DNA from: the human T2T-CHM13v2.0 reference genome, Homo sapiens
NCBI RefSeq assembly: GCF_009914755.1
Contig: NC_060948.1
Direction: 5' to 3' (one strand)
DNA length: 64,000 nt
Shown here: in pieces, positions 26,503 to 64,000 of the stretch
Layout of the letters: every line of letters begins with the position of its first letter
How positions within the stretch are numbered: the first letter of the stretch is position 1
Made by a program: the position numbers and the translations under genes
The notes under the pieces: model-generated
Told to the model about the DNA's origin: nothing
The model's input: the letters and a program-made list of their open reading frames with translations, nothing else
The model's database searches: none

Positions 26503-27312
26503 TGAGAGGTAAAACTGGCTGGGCTTTGGGTGGGGTGGGGACTTGGAGAACTTTTCTATCTAGCTAAATGATTGTAAATGCACCACTCAGTGCTCTGTGT
26601 AGAGCTAATCAGGTAAGGGACTTGGAGAGCTTTTCTGTCTAGCTAAAGGATTGTAAATGCACCAATTGGTGCTCTGTGTCTAGCTAAATGTTTATAAATG
26701 CACCAATCTGCACTTGCTAAAAACAGACCGATCAGCACTCTGTAAAATGGAACAATCGGCAGGATGAGGGTGGGGACAAATAAGGGAATAAAAGCAGGCC
26801 ACCTCAGCCAGCAGTGGCAACCCACTCAGGTCCCCTTCCACACTGTGGAAGACCTGTTCTTTTGCTCTTTGCAATAAATCTTGCTGCTACTCAGTCTTTG
26901 GGTCCACACTACCTTTATGAGCTGTAACACTCACCATGAAGGCCTGCAGCTTCACTCCTGAAACCAGCAAGACCACAAACCCACCGGGAGGAACAAACAA
27001 CACTGGATGCACCACCTTTAAGAGCTGTAACACTCACTGTGAAGCTCTGCAGCTTCACTCCCGAAGTCAGCGAGACCATGAACCCACTGAGAGGAACAAA
27101 CAACTCCAGAAACACCAACTTTAAGAGCTGTAACACTCACTGTGAGGGTCTGCAACTTCACTCCTGAAGTCAGCGAGACCATGAACACCTGAAGGAACAA
27201 ACTCTGGACACACTGTCTTTAAGAACTGTAACAGTCACCGTGAGAGTCCATGGCTTCATTCTTGATGTCAGTGAGACCAAGAACCCATGGGAAGGAATCA
27301 ATTCCAGACACA
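26503..27312 (+). promoter_or_regulatory. HERV9 5' LTR (LTR12), 810 bp
   Basis: 41-bp CCAAT-containing U3 units (TCTAGCTAAAGGATTGTAAATGCACCAAT), AATAAA promoter/polyA motifs and four ~100-bp U5 repeats. Confidence 0.92.
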
Positions 27313-28434
27313 CTTTGGTGACCACAAAGGGACTATTGCCTATTGCCAAGCAGTGAGTACCATCGACCCCTTGTGCTTGCTATTCTGTCCTATTTTTCCT
27401 TAGAATTCTAGGGCTAAATAGCAGGCACCTGTCAGCCAGTTAAAAGCAACTAGCTTGGTCACTGAACTAAAGACATGGGTGCCAGGCTTTCTGGGAAAGG
27501 GCTCTCTAGCAACCCCAACTCTTCGGAGTTGGGAGTGTTGGTTTGCATGGAACTAGCTTCCACTTTCCCTGTACTTCTGGGCTGAGATGAGGGTTGATAG
27601 GAAAACCATTCAGCTCCATGGTCCCAACAACAAATTGGTTGACCCTGCAGCCATGGCGGAACTCTTAGTCATGTCGCCCAAGCGAGACTCTCCCATCTAT
27701 CCTATCTATCCTGAGCCTTGCCTCCTGGGTCCTAAAGCCTGTCAGACAATCTTCCTCTTGCTTCTGTTCTCTGAGGCTAGTCCTGCTTCTAAAAACCACT
27801 CCCTGTCTCTGGTGCTTTTCTAGTTTCTCCTGTAAGAACTATTTCTGGTATAAACTCCAGGACTCTATTCCCTTCTCCTGGCACTCAGGCTCAGCAATCA
27901 GAAAGAGAGAATTTTTGCCCAAAGCCCCATTTTAAGGGGGACTATCTGGAATTTTAGGATCCCTCCTCAGACAAACAGGCTTAACAAAACCTATTCCTGA
28001 AGCTAGGATATGGGACGCCTCAGAAATTGTATCTTTCTTATTCATATAAGTGAGGACAAAAGGCATCACTCTTCTGACTCTGGTGATCTCTTCCCTCCCT
28101 CAGGGTATGGCCCTCCACTTCATTTTTGGGGCATAACATCTTTATAGGACAAGGATAAATTCCCAATATTAACAGGATAATGCTTAGGACTCTAACAGGT
28201 TTTTGAGAATATGTCAGTAAGGGCCACTAAATCCGATTTTTCTCAGTCCTCTTTGTGGTCTGGGTGGACAGGCAAGGCTGCAGGTTTTGTTGTGGTCCAG
28301 GAGGAAAACCAGTGTTTCTGCTGCTGCATCAGTGAGCACAACTATTCTGATCAGCAGGGTCCAGGATCCATTGTGGGTTCTTGGGCAGGTGGAGAAACAA
28401 ACAAACAAAAAGAGTGGGCCGTTTTCTCTTTCGG

Positions 28435-32400
<3,966 letters not shown>

Positions 32401-32649
32401 GGGAAGGAGAGGGGAGAACAGTAGCATAAGCAGCTGGCAGAGGCAGGGAAAGACCAGCAGAAAGGAAAAAGAGGAAGAGACAGAAAGTCAGAGGGAGAGA
32501 GAGAGAGGAAGAGACAGACAGACAAAGAGGGAGTCAGAAAGACAGAAAGAGAGAGATGAAGGAGAAGTCAAAGAGAATGAAAGAGATATGGAAATAGTAA
32601 AGAAAAAACAGTATACCCTATTCCTTTAAAAGCCAGGGTAAATTTCTAA

Positions 32650-33430
32650 ATATCTACCCAGCCAAGGCATATTCTTCTCCTGTGGAATGTCAAACTATAT
32701 CTGCCTCCCCACTAACTGGACAGGCACCTGCACCTTAGTCTTTCTAAGTCCCAACATTAACATTGCCCCAGGAAATCAGGCCCTATCAGTGCCCCTCAAA
32801 GCTCAAGTCCATCATTGCAGGGCCATACAACTAATACCCCTACTTATAGGGTTAGAAATGGCCACTGCTACAAGAACCAGAATAGCAGGTTTATCTACTT
32901 CATTTTCTTACCATCACACACTCTCAAAGGATTTCTCAGATAGTTTGTGAGAAATAACAAAATCTATCCTTACTCTACAATCCCAGCTAGATTCTTTACC
33001 AGCAGTGACACTCCAAAACTGCAGAGGACTAGACCACCTCACTGCTGAGAAAGGAGGACTCTGCACCTTCTTAGGGGAAGAGAGTTGTTTTTACACTAAC
33101 CAGTGAGGCATAGTACGAGATGCTGCCTGGTGTTTACAGGAAAAGGCTTCTGAAATCAGACATCTTTCAAACCCTTATACCAACCTCTGGAGTTGGGCAA
33201 CATGGCTCCTCCCCTTTCTAGCTCCCATGGCAGCCATCTTGCCATTACTTGCCTTCGGGCCCTGTATTGTTAACCTTCTTGTCAAATTTCTTTCTTCTAG
33301 AATTGAGGCTATCAACCTAGAGATGGTCTTACAAATGGAACCCCAAATGAGCTCAACTAACAGCTTCTACTGAGGACCCCTGGACCAACCTCCTGGCCCT
33401 TTCCGTGGCCTAAAGAGTTCCCCTCTGGAG
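32650..33430 (+). pseudogene. env: HERV9 env, end of SU plus TM, disrupted
   Basis: CLPTNWTGTCTLV, fusion peptide AIQLIPLLIGL, and immunosuppressive domain LQNCRGLDHLTAEKGGLCTFLGEESCFY (33011-33094). Confidence 0.9.
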
Positions 33431-33539
33431 GACACTACAACTGCAGCATAATTCTTTGCCCCTATCTAGCAGGAAGTAGCTAGAGAGGTCATTGGCCAAT
33501 TCCCAACAGCAGTTGAGATGTCCTGTTTAGAGAAGGGAT

Positions 33540-34109
33540 TGAGAGGTGAAGCTGGCTGGGCTTCTCAGTCAGATGGGGACTTGGAGAACTACTTTGTTTA
33601 GATAAAGGATTGTAAATGCACCAATCAGCACTCTGTGTCTAGCTAAAGGTTTGTAAATGCACCAATTAGTGCTCTGTGTCTAGCTAATTGGGTAGGAGAC
33701 TTGGTGAACTTTTCTGTCTAGCTAAAGGATTGTAAATGCACCAATCACGCTCTGTGTCTAGCTAAAGGTTTGTAAACACACCAATCAGCACTGGATAAAA
33801 ATGGATCAATCAGCACTCCGTAAAACAGACCAATCAGCACTCTGTGAAATGGACCACTCAGAAGGATGTGGGTGACACCAGATAAGAGAATAAAAGCAGG
33901 CCACCCGAGCCAGCAGCAGCAACCTGCTTTGGTTCCCTTCCATGCTGTGGAAGCTCTGCTCTTTCACTCTTTGCAATAAATCTTGCTGCTTCTCGCTCTT
34001 TGGGTCCGCACTACCTTTAGGAGCTATAACACTCACTGTGAAGGTCTGCATCTTCTTCTTGAAGACAGCAAGACCAATAACCCACTGGAAGGAATCAATT
34101 CTGGACACA
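33540..34109 (+). promoter_or_regulatory. HERV9 3' LTR (LTR12), 570 bp
   Basis: TGAGAGGTGAAGCTGGCTGGGCTTC start, ...ATTCTGGACACA end, and a single U5 repeat. Confidence 0.92.
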
Positions 34110-35084
34110 ATCCCAAGATCATGGTTCCCAGAAAAAGGAACACTGGATGTAGTACTCTGAGAACAAGTGGGGATAAATCTTCAACATCAGACACAAAGGC
34201 AACAGGTCCCAGCTGTTATGGGCTTTCATTACAGCAGCCCTGTCTCCATTATACACAGAACAGACTATAAAGGGGAACGAGGAGGAAATGTCACCTGCCT
34301 TATCACCTCCTCTTCCGTCAGCCCTAATATTACTGAGCCAAAATAACAAAGAAGAAACAGATATTTTACCTGAGCCTTTTTCTTCAATACGTAAGAAAAA
34401 GGACCAGGAATACCCTCCAGTTATTAGTCCCTGTCTTCAGCTGGCAGCAATAAAAGGAGAGTTATTAGCCTGCCCGGTAATGCAAAATCAGCCAAGTAAT
34501 CAGGTACATAAAGGGTTAAGAATAATCACTAAAAGCCAGAGCCACAGGGCCAGGACAAGGAAGCAGTAAGTAGAAAGAAAAACTCCACCCACACTGTGAC
34601 AGAAGCAACAAAGAGCCAAGCTGCAGCCAGAGCTAGCCTGCTGCGAGTGGAACAGAAGCACACGTGACAAATTCCACCCAGGCCACATGTGTCCCACAGC
34701 TGGGGAAGGGAGCCAGCACAGGCAAAAAATGGCACAGGCAAAAATGGCGACTTTATAAATGTAAAGCAGTCACAGCGCCGGGACCTGCCTGCTCCTTTCT
34801 CTAACTCCACAGGCTATCCAAGACAAAATCTCATGTGCTGCTTGTTTACAAGCAACATCACAGATTATAGTTCTCAGCTAAAATTTAAGTAAAATGTAAG
34901 AATTAGAAAACCTCTTTCTAATAACCTCCACTGTTGTCATCTCTCTTCCACCCTGATGAAGCTCACCAAATTCAAGTAAAACAGTAACGTTTAAAGGTTG
35001 AGACATTACAAACAACCCATGAGTTAGTTTAGAAGTAGTTAAAAGCAAACTTTGTTTTTTAACTAGTAGAAAAAAAATTCCTGA

Positions 35085-36480
35085 TTACATGATTATTCAT
35101 TTTATGGATGATATTTTACTAGCAGCCCCAACGGAGCCAATACCTTTAAATTTGTTTACCTCTGTCATAAGGAATACACAACTGAAAAGTTTAGTCACTG
35201 CACCTGAAAAAGTACCCATGTTCCCTCCTTGAAAATATCTTGGATATCTGTTAATCTCCTGGTCAGTAAGACCTCAAAAGTTTAACCTAAGTACTAACAA
35301 CTTACACACATTAAATGATTAGCAGAAATTATTGGACAATGTTACCTGGATTTCTCCCATTGTTGGAATTCCTACCAATAAACTACAAAACCTGTTCTCT
35401 ATCTTAAAGGGCAACCCAGCCCTCAATTCTCCCAGATATTTAACCCTTGCAGCAAAAAGGGAAATCAAGGAAATTGAGCAAGCCGTCTTTCAAAGGAAGC
35501 TAGATCGCATTGATCCACCGTATTCCAATCAGCTATTTATTTTTTCCACCTAACACTCCCCTACAGGGTTACTAGGACAAATGACTCCCAGGCTATGTTT
35601 CCTAGAATGGGTTTTTTGCCCCCATACCGGGACTAAAACACTGTCTCCTTATACTCAGTTAATTACTAAAGTCATCTATTCAGGTCACAAACGTTAAAAA
35701 TCAGTTGCGACATAACCGATATCATCATGATTCCTTTAAGTAAAGAGCAATTCAAAGCTTCATTATCTTTGTCAATACACCCACAAATAGTTTTATCTCA
35801 TTACACAGAGCAAATAAAGCACATCCTCCCTGCTGATAAAGTCTTTCATTTCTTATCTCATACTCCGGTAATAATGCCTACAAAAAGAGTTTACTCCCCT
35901 GTAACTAATGCTTTAACACGGTTTACTGATGGGTCCGCAAACATGGAAAAGCAGCAGTCTGGTAGAGACCATATAATTCAATCATGCAATCTGAGTTTAC
36001 TAGCAAACAGAAAGCTAAGGTTACTCTGTTTATTTATTAAAGAAGTTTTACAGCCTTAACTCTATTCTGGAGCCAGGACGGTTTACTCTTTCTCCAACTT
36101 CAGCAATTGGCTAGATCAACATACAAGTCCCATTTTTATTACACATATTTGAGCCCACAGCTTACTTCCTAGCCCATTGGCTTATGAGCAGTGATCAAGC
36201 AAACCTACAGGTTAAGCCATCACTGCTAGACCAAGCCACCCAATCGCATGAATTTTTCCATCCAAATTGAAGAAACTTATCAACTTACTCAGAGACTGGC
36301 TAAATAAATTATCCTACAATGCCCAGATTGCCAGCTCACAGGTAAGTCCCCTCCTTCAACAGGTGTTAACCCTAGGGAAACAGAACTTAACCTGCTATAG
36401 CAAACAGATGTTACACCCATACTTGAATTTGGAAAACTTAGATATGTACAAGTATCTATTGATACCAACACTCATTTAAT
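35085..36480 (+). pseudogene. pol: HML-5 pol fragment (RT C-half, RNase H, integrase N-terminus)
   Basis: IIHFMDDILLAAP, P*KYLG, LFSILKGNPALNSPRYLT, FTDGS, LQCPDC and GVNPR...L*QTDVT. Confidence 0.85.
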
Positions 36481-36845
36481 TGCTGTCCAAGATCAGAGAG
36501 AAACAGAAAGGTTAAAGAGAGAAATAGAGGGGAAAAAAAAGAAAGACTAGAAAAACCAGAGGTCAAAGTCACAAAAAGTAAGACAAAGAAAAGACATAAA
36601 GAGAAAGAAATGTTAAGAAAGTTATAACCATTAGACTGCACCTTTATTAAGGAAGGTTATGAAAGAAATAAAGTTAAGGCATGTTGAAAATTGTCTGTGG
36701 AAGTCATAAAAACATTATAAAAAGAAAACTATTCAGGACATGTTGTATAATTTTGTTTTGAAAGTCTAAGCAAGTTTTAAAATGTTAATTGTTAACAAAA
36801 TTCTCTGAGTAAACATATTGACTAAAGTTAAAGATGTGTCATCCA

Positions 36846-37258
36846 ACAATCATAGACTGGATTAAGAAAATGTGGCACATACACACCATGGAATACTATG
36901 CAGCCATAAAAAATGATGAGTTCATGTCCTTTGTAGGGACATGGATGAAATTGGAAATCATCATTCTCAGTAAACTATCGCAAGAACAAAAAACCAAACA
37001 CCGCATATTCTCACTCATAGGTGGGAATTGAACAATGAGAGCACATGGACACAGGAAGGGGAACATCACACTCTGGGGCCTGTTGTGGGGTGGGGGGAGG
37101 CGGGAGGGATAGCATTGGGAGATATGCCTAATGCTAGATGATGAGTTAGTGGGTGCAGCACACCAGCATGGCACATGTATACATATGTAACTAACCGGCA
37201 CATTGTGCACATGTACCCCAAAACTTAAAGTACAATAATAAAAATAAATTAATTTAAA
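36846..37258 (+). mobile_element. 5'-truncated young L1 (L1PA2/L1PA3-like) 3' end inserted in HML-5
   Basis: DWIKKMWHIHTMEYYAAIKNDEFMSF...LIGGN*, 3' UTR and A-rich tail. 16-bp TSD AAAGATGTGTCATCCA (36830-36845 / 37259-37274). Confidence 0.93.
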
Positions 37259-37519
37259 AAAGATGTGTCATCCAGTTTTTCTGTAAACAAGACATTAAAA
37301 GCACAAGTTTTTCTTAAAGCACTAACCTGCTCTTTAACAAAGATTATGAGAGATATCTTAGCACAGACACAATCTCTACAATTTCCAATACACAAGCACC
37401 AGCCAAGACACTGCATCCTCATCAAAGGATTAAAAGAAGAAAAAACTCGAGCCAGCCTAGGAGAGACCCTGCAAGATGATGCAGCTTTATCAGAGAAAGA
37501 TGACTCAGAAGGCTATGCA

Positions 37520-37921
37520 AATCCTGCTTCTTTTTTATTCTCTCACTTTGTCTACTACCTGTATCTGCCAAGCTCTATTAAGCCCATCTTGTAACCTCCT
37601 TTGTTCTACCCTAGTACTTAGACTAACACCCCCTTTCCAGCTTCTAACAACATCACTGCTTAAATAAAAGGAAATCAACATTCCCCCAGTGAGGTTCCTC
37701 ATTAATAGCACAGAGTGAACTCAGATGGCAAGTAACTCTGCAAGTCACTCTGACTGGAAGAAGTGTTGTTAATTATACTCATGATTGTTTTGTGTTATTT
37801 GCTATTTATATGATGCAAAGCTGGAATAAGATCAGTGACCACCTCACCTGACAAACCTATGACTGCACATATCTGTGCTCTGCAATCAAAAACCTGATGC
37901 AGAAAAGAACAGAGAGGAGGA
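37520..37921 (+). pseudogene. env: HML-5 env remnant: SU N-terminus joined to the 3' end and PPT
   Basis: LY*AHL..PPLFYPST*TNTPFPASNNITA*IKG parallels the HML-2 SU start [20 protein letters not shown]...NDSVWVPG. Purine tract before 37922. Confidence 0.7.
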
Positions 37922-38535
37922 TTTTGAGATTCACTCAGGAGGATGGCAGAAATATTAAAAGAAAATAATTAGGGAAAGTTATAGGGAATAGTCACAGACT
38001 TTTGGAAGGCTGAAAGGTTGCATAGCTTGTAATAATTCAAGGGGCTGAAGGTAGTCGGTTTTAACCTTAAAGCATTTGGTCATAGGGTAAATGCTAAGGA
38101 CAATAGAGGCTTCCCCAATTAAGTTTTTTTACCCCACCTCCATTAACTAACCTTTAAGCCAGATGGTCCTTTCTGGGGAATGTCAACCAGGGAAATTGCC
38201 CCCACTGGCATTTACTTTAGACCGTGGTGCCTGAGGTTTCGTTATTCACAGAACTATTCTCTTAACCAGGTTAATTATCCACAAGTGTGTCTACTCAAAG
38301 CTTCTGTTAATAATTCTATACTAAATAAATGCCTGGAGTGCAAGTTGCTCAGGGCACAGCTGCCACTCTTTACAGGACTCCCTTTGGAGACTGTTAGTGG
38401 CCCCAGACCCTCAGCTGGACTTGAAAAGCAGAATATCTGTGTGACAGGGTACTTTATTCATCTGTCGCTCGGTCAGGGGTCTGCAAGGGACAGACTCCCT
38501 GCAGCTAATGCCCTCATGAAAAGAGTGGTGCCTCA
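37922..38535 (+). promoter_or_regulatory. HML-5 3' LTR (LTR22B-like)
   Basis: Direct repeat of 25611-26161, ending in CCTCA followed by the TSD. Confidence 0.88.
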
Positions 38536-39175
38536 GTTAATGGTATTAGAAATGATCTACAGGTCAATGAGAACTCTTTCAAAGAGCCAATAGTTTTTTG
38601 TTGTTGTTGTTGTTTTTGTTTTTGTTTTGCAGAAGTAGTAAAATATTCTAAAATGTTTGAGTCAATATTTAGCTGTGTCACCCAGGCTGGAGTGCAATGC
38701 TATAATCATGGCTCACCATAGCCTTGACACATCAAGCTCAATTGATCCTCCCACCTCAGCTCCAGAAGTAGCTGAGACTGCAGGTGCATGCCACCATGCT
38801 CAGCAAGTTCTTGTATTTTTTGTAGATACAGGGTTTCACCATATTGCCCAGGCTGGTGTCAAACTACTGGGGTCCTGCAATCCACCTTCCTTGGCTTCCC
38901 AATGTATTGGGATCACAGGAGTAAGCCCTCAAATATTGCACTATAATTTATGTAAACACTCAAAAACAAACAAAACAAAAAAAGTAGCAAAACAACTTTG
39001 GAAAAAAAGAATATACTTAGATAAATACTTTTTATTTCAAAACATATTGCCAAGTTACAGTAATCAAAATAGTGTGGTGCTGGCATAAAGACAGTTAAAT
39101 CAATGTTAAGGCAAATAACAGAGGCCAGAATGAAACCCACATGCATAAAATTCAGCTTATCTTAAACAAACGTTC
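38536..39175 (+). mobile_element. Old L1M ORF2 fragment, interrupted by an Alu
   Basis: CAAGTTACAGTAATCAAAATAGTGTGGTGCTGGCATAAAGACAG corresponds to the L1 KATVIKTVWYWHKDR region. Confidence 0.65.
38656..38930 (-). mobile_element. AluJ-like element
   Basis: TCACCCAGGCTGGAGTGCAATG...GATCCTCCCACCTCAGC...TGGGATCACAGG. Confidence 0.85.
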
Positions 39176-39185
39176 TAATTCCTCA

Positions 39186-39625
39186 TGTTGCAGAACGTTC
39201 TCCTTCAGCAAAATTGGGTTCTTGTCACATGACTAGGAAAGATTAGGCTCAGGGACACTCCTGAAGGATAAAGAGTAGAGCTGATTGGGTAAAAGAAAAG
39301 AAAAAAAGAAAAACTCTCAACGAAGTGAGTGGGAGTCGTGTTTACCAGGCCCCCACTTCACGGATTGCTGAACACCAGACCATCACACAGGAACTGATGA
39401 AGCCAGGCTCCTCCTCCCTGCACAAGGGGTAAAGTTTCCATGGCCTTCCAAGCCTCCACTCCCTTCCCCCAGTTTTCAGATGGAAATTATTCAAAGAGAA
39501 TCTGTTGGAAAAAGGCAGGCTTCATCTAGCACAAGCACTCGATTTTTCAGCCTTCAGGCTGTTTTAGGCTTGAAGATGGGGTTTTGTCCAAGACACTTGG
39601 CTGTTTTCTAACTCTGTTATTTTCC
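39186..39625 (-). mobile_element. MER61-type LTR
   Basis: TGTTGCAGAACGTTCTCCTT...TCTTGTCACATGACTAGGAAAGATTAGGCTC...GCCAGGCTCCTCCTCCCTGCA resembles antisense MER61. Confidence 0.65.
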
Positions 39626-39998
39626 ACTGTCAATAAGTATATCTAACTGCTGTTAGAATAAGGATAAAGATGAGGACAAAAACCACTTTTAAGTGCTTCC
39701 TGATGACAGGGGGCACTGTTGTGAAATAAATGGCAGTCAGTTATTCCTTAGAGGCCTAAGTGTCTCCAGTGAAAGGGGCCATTGTCTCAGCCTATGGTAG
39801 TGTGACTGTTTGAAGTTTGATAGCCTGAAGGTGAGGAGAATCAAACTGTGTTACTAAAAAGCACGTATTAAAATGAACCAAGGGAAATGTGGAAGAGACA
39901 GCTCAAAAAAAATCCAGGGTTTTCACCAGTTTGCATAGGTAGAGGGAGGCCAAAAGCCCAACAGGAAAAAATAAAAGAAAGAAAGAAAAAGAAAAGGA

Positions 39999-40074
<76 letters not shown>

Positions 40075-42689
40075 AAAAACTTTTACCCTTTTGACAGCAT
40101 ATGAGACTTCTGGGTTCTTTTCTCCTGGGTCCAATCCTAAGCTGTCCAGTTTAATGTTTGGGAAATTAACTCTTCCAAACTTGGAGGATGCATTGAAGAG
40201 GAATGTCCCAAAACATGGAGATGTGATTACCTATCTCTAAACAGCAAACGGAGGAGAAAAAATGAAAAGTTAGCATTTTTTCAAAGGAGTTCCAAGGGTT
40301 CAGGATGCATTCAAAATGGGTCTAGACTAAAAATGAATGGTTACTTATCTTGAAAGAGATAGAGGAGCAGGAGTCCCTGGCTCCTTTCTCTTCCTAGCAA
40401 TTTCCCAGGGTGTGTTGAGCTATAGGAGAAAGAATATTCTTTTTCCCACTTCAATCCTTGTATCCCCAAGTCCCACTGATTGTAACAGGGTGCCTCCCAT
40501 GGGTGTCGAGGCAGCTTTCACCAATGTTAACAGGGAGGCCTAAGGGGGTGGATATATCTGCTCTTACACATGTGTACCCTTTCTTCCCTGCTGTCAGTAG
40601 CTCTGGAGTTCACTGGACCTCATTTATGGCATGGATAGTAGCATAATCTTTATCCATGAAATCGGGGGCTTGGCTTAATCCCTGGGAATTAGTTATGCTC
40701 ACCAGCATTGTGCTTTTTTACCTCCATTATCACCTGCCTCTGGATTTCTCAAATTTTTTACTTTTTTCTATGGTGTCAAACAGAAGCTTAGAATTGAGGC
40801 TGGGGCAAAAATGTGTCTCAGGGCATTGCATGGACTCTTTATCATGAGCTGAATGCTAAGATGAAGCTGTGGAATTGAGTTCTTCTTCTACAAGGGTGAG
40901 AAAAGAATGACTGTGACATACTGAGGAAACTAGTGGCTATAGTTGTGCTTCATAAAATTTAGGTGGGCACCCTATATATTCCCATCACTCTGCAGAATTT
41001 GCAGGATAATTGTCCAGAATTATAATGTTAATCCAGATTTTCATGTGTACCAATTCATTTTTGTTTATTGTGGGCTGCAGTTGAAGATCATTAGTGGGGT
41101 CACAGAAATAAGCAAGATTGTTCTAAAAAGTAGGCAACAATGCAAAACTTGTGAGTTTAGAATTTAATGACAAATATATAATAAGTTGTGAAACATAAAC
41201 TTTATCCAGTCCTCTTCTATTAAAAAATAAATCATGATAGGACTGAGTTGTTTGTAAAATAAACTTTATTCTGATACTGGGCCTGATTATTTGCATAAAA
41301 TGCAGCAAGAATAATTATTTCTAGATAGGTCTTTTACATTGGCTTTGATGGAACTCTGTTCCACAAGAAATTTCAGATGGGACTTTCTAAAGTCAAGCCC
41401 AGCCACGGGTTTGTACAATCAGATAATTTTTAGTTGGGTGATTCTCTGCTCTTATGGTCCCAAGATAAACTTGGAGCTCCTGGGCCTGTCAGAAAGTGTC
41501 ATTATTTAGTTACCACAGATCAGGAACCCTGCTAAAGGACTGTTTAGATGAGGTATAAAGCCAATTTTTCCACTGGGATTTTCTTGGTTCTGCAAGTTGA
41601 TCTTGACTCCTTAAAGGGAAGCTTATTTTTTAGTCAAGGCCTTGTTCAAACAACCAGTTTCTCCAGTTGTGTTCTGTTGGAAGAGAAATTGGACTGTTAT
41701 TGCACTGATACAAACACCTATATTGCCACAAGTTAAGAACACTCACAACTATTTTTCGAATTCAGGAGAAGTCCTGCCGAGAAAGGCAAACGTGATCCAA
41801 ATTGTGCACACATGAGTACACCTTGCTCACATATTAAAGGCTGTAAGTATCTCAAGATGTTTCCTTGACTCTGGTAAATAATACAAGAATGAGTAATGTC
41901 TCAAACAAAAGTCAGAAGGGCTACTTCAATTTTCTATTAGTCCGGTCCATTCAGTCAACTCTTCTTTTGTTTGATATTCATACATATTTTAGCTCTTTGA
42001 GAGTCCTGTAAGTTTTTCCTGTATTTCAATGTCACAAGCTCCAAAGTTATCGGAAGCCTGCAATTGAGAGCACCTATTAAAGATCTATAGCTGATTAAAA
42101 AGCACTTCATAAAAAAATCAAAAAAGGAATAATTATCTGTGTATTACAAAGTGTGCAAGGTAGTTACAGTCAGAAATATGACAAAAATTTTCGTTATCTA
42201 TATGGTTTGCAATAAATTAACCTAACAACCTTAATTGTGGATGATAGCATATACTTCAGACATTAGAATTTTAGAAATCCCATATAATTTTAGAACATGT
42301 ATTAGTATTAGTCACCAAAATATCACCTAAAAATATTGAACACCATTTGGCAATTCCGTGTAACTAATCATGCCATATAATCCTGTTTATCTCTCTTGTT
42401 GATACTCTATGGGCCCTCTGTAGCATCCAAAAGCTAGAAATAAAGAAAGATAATTTTGTAACTACAGTGTGGTTTTGAGAAGGATGTTACAACTTAGAGG
42501 TTTAAAAATCCTGAAATAAAATTCCAGATTTTCCTAAATTACTTATTTAACAAAAATGATGACTTAGAAATGGAAAAGATATAATTTTTATAAATTATTT
42601 TATAATTCTTTACAAATGTTGGTAAGGAACAGATTAGTGCCTTAAGAGTACCTTGTTGGGCTTTTATTTCAATGTTCAATTTACAAGCA
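39626..42689 (-). mobile_element. MER4-group (MER61-int-like) non-autonomous ERV internal sequence, truncated at the satellite
   Basis: Typical MER4-group text: AAAATAAACTTTATTCTGATACTGGGCCTGATTATTTGCATAAAATGCAGCAAGAATAATTATTT and TCCCATATAATTTTAGAACA. Confidence 0.6.
39965..40078. repeat. (GAAA)n microsatellite
   Basis: Long, near-perfect GAAA run. Confidence 0.97.

Positions 42690-64000
<21,311 letters not shown>

Noticed and set aside
32687-33430. Domesticated syncytin-like env
   Set aside because: Signal peptide and most of SU are missing, there are in-frame stops, and the furin site and CX6CC motif are mutated.
39887-40240. 117-aa KERK-repeat ORF and its antisense FLSF ORF
   Set aside because: Translation of the (GAAA)n microsatellite.

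Overview
This is a primate, very probably human, repeat-dense genomic segment. I see no intact protein-coding gene, RNA gene or CRISPR array. Two blocks of diverged ~70-bp beta-satellite (1-8340 and 42690-64000, same orientation) are organised into ~4.7-kb higher-order units and a ~15.2-kb super-unit. Between them lies a ~34-kb core of retroelements: (1) a full-length but inactivated L1PA inside older L1 relics; (2) a probable orphan 3' UTR of a ZNF91-type KRAB-ZNF gene; (3) a HERV-K(HML-5)/LTR22 provirus (TSD GTTAAT) whose gag is split by a two-LTR HERV9/LTR12 provirus (TSD ATCC), which itself carries an AluYa5, with a young L1 3' fragment further along HML-5; (4) a MER61-type LTR plus internal sequence. 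A solo MER11 LTR and two Alus sit in the satellite. The layout resembles ZNF91-family/beta-satellite cluster DNA, and the heavy divergence suggests a Y-linked copy (inference). I found no new multi-gene biological system. The best leads are serial Trp-to-stop G>A changes in HML-5, mismatched HERV9 LTRs, a possible class I segment inside HML-5, the satellite hierarchy and the ZNF remnant. Family names come from recalled consensus sequences, not from a search.
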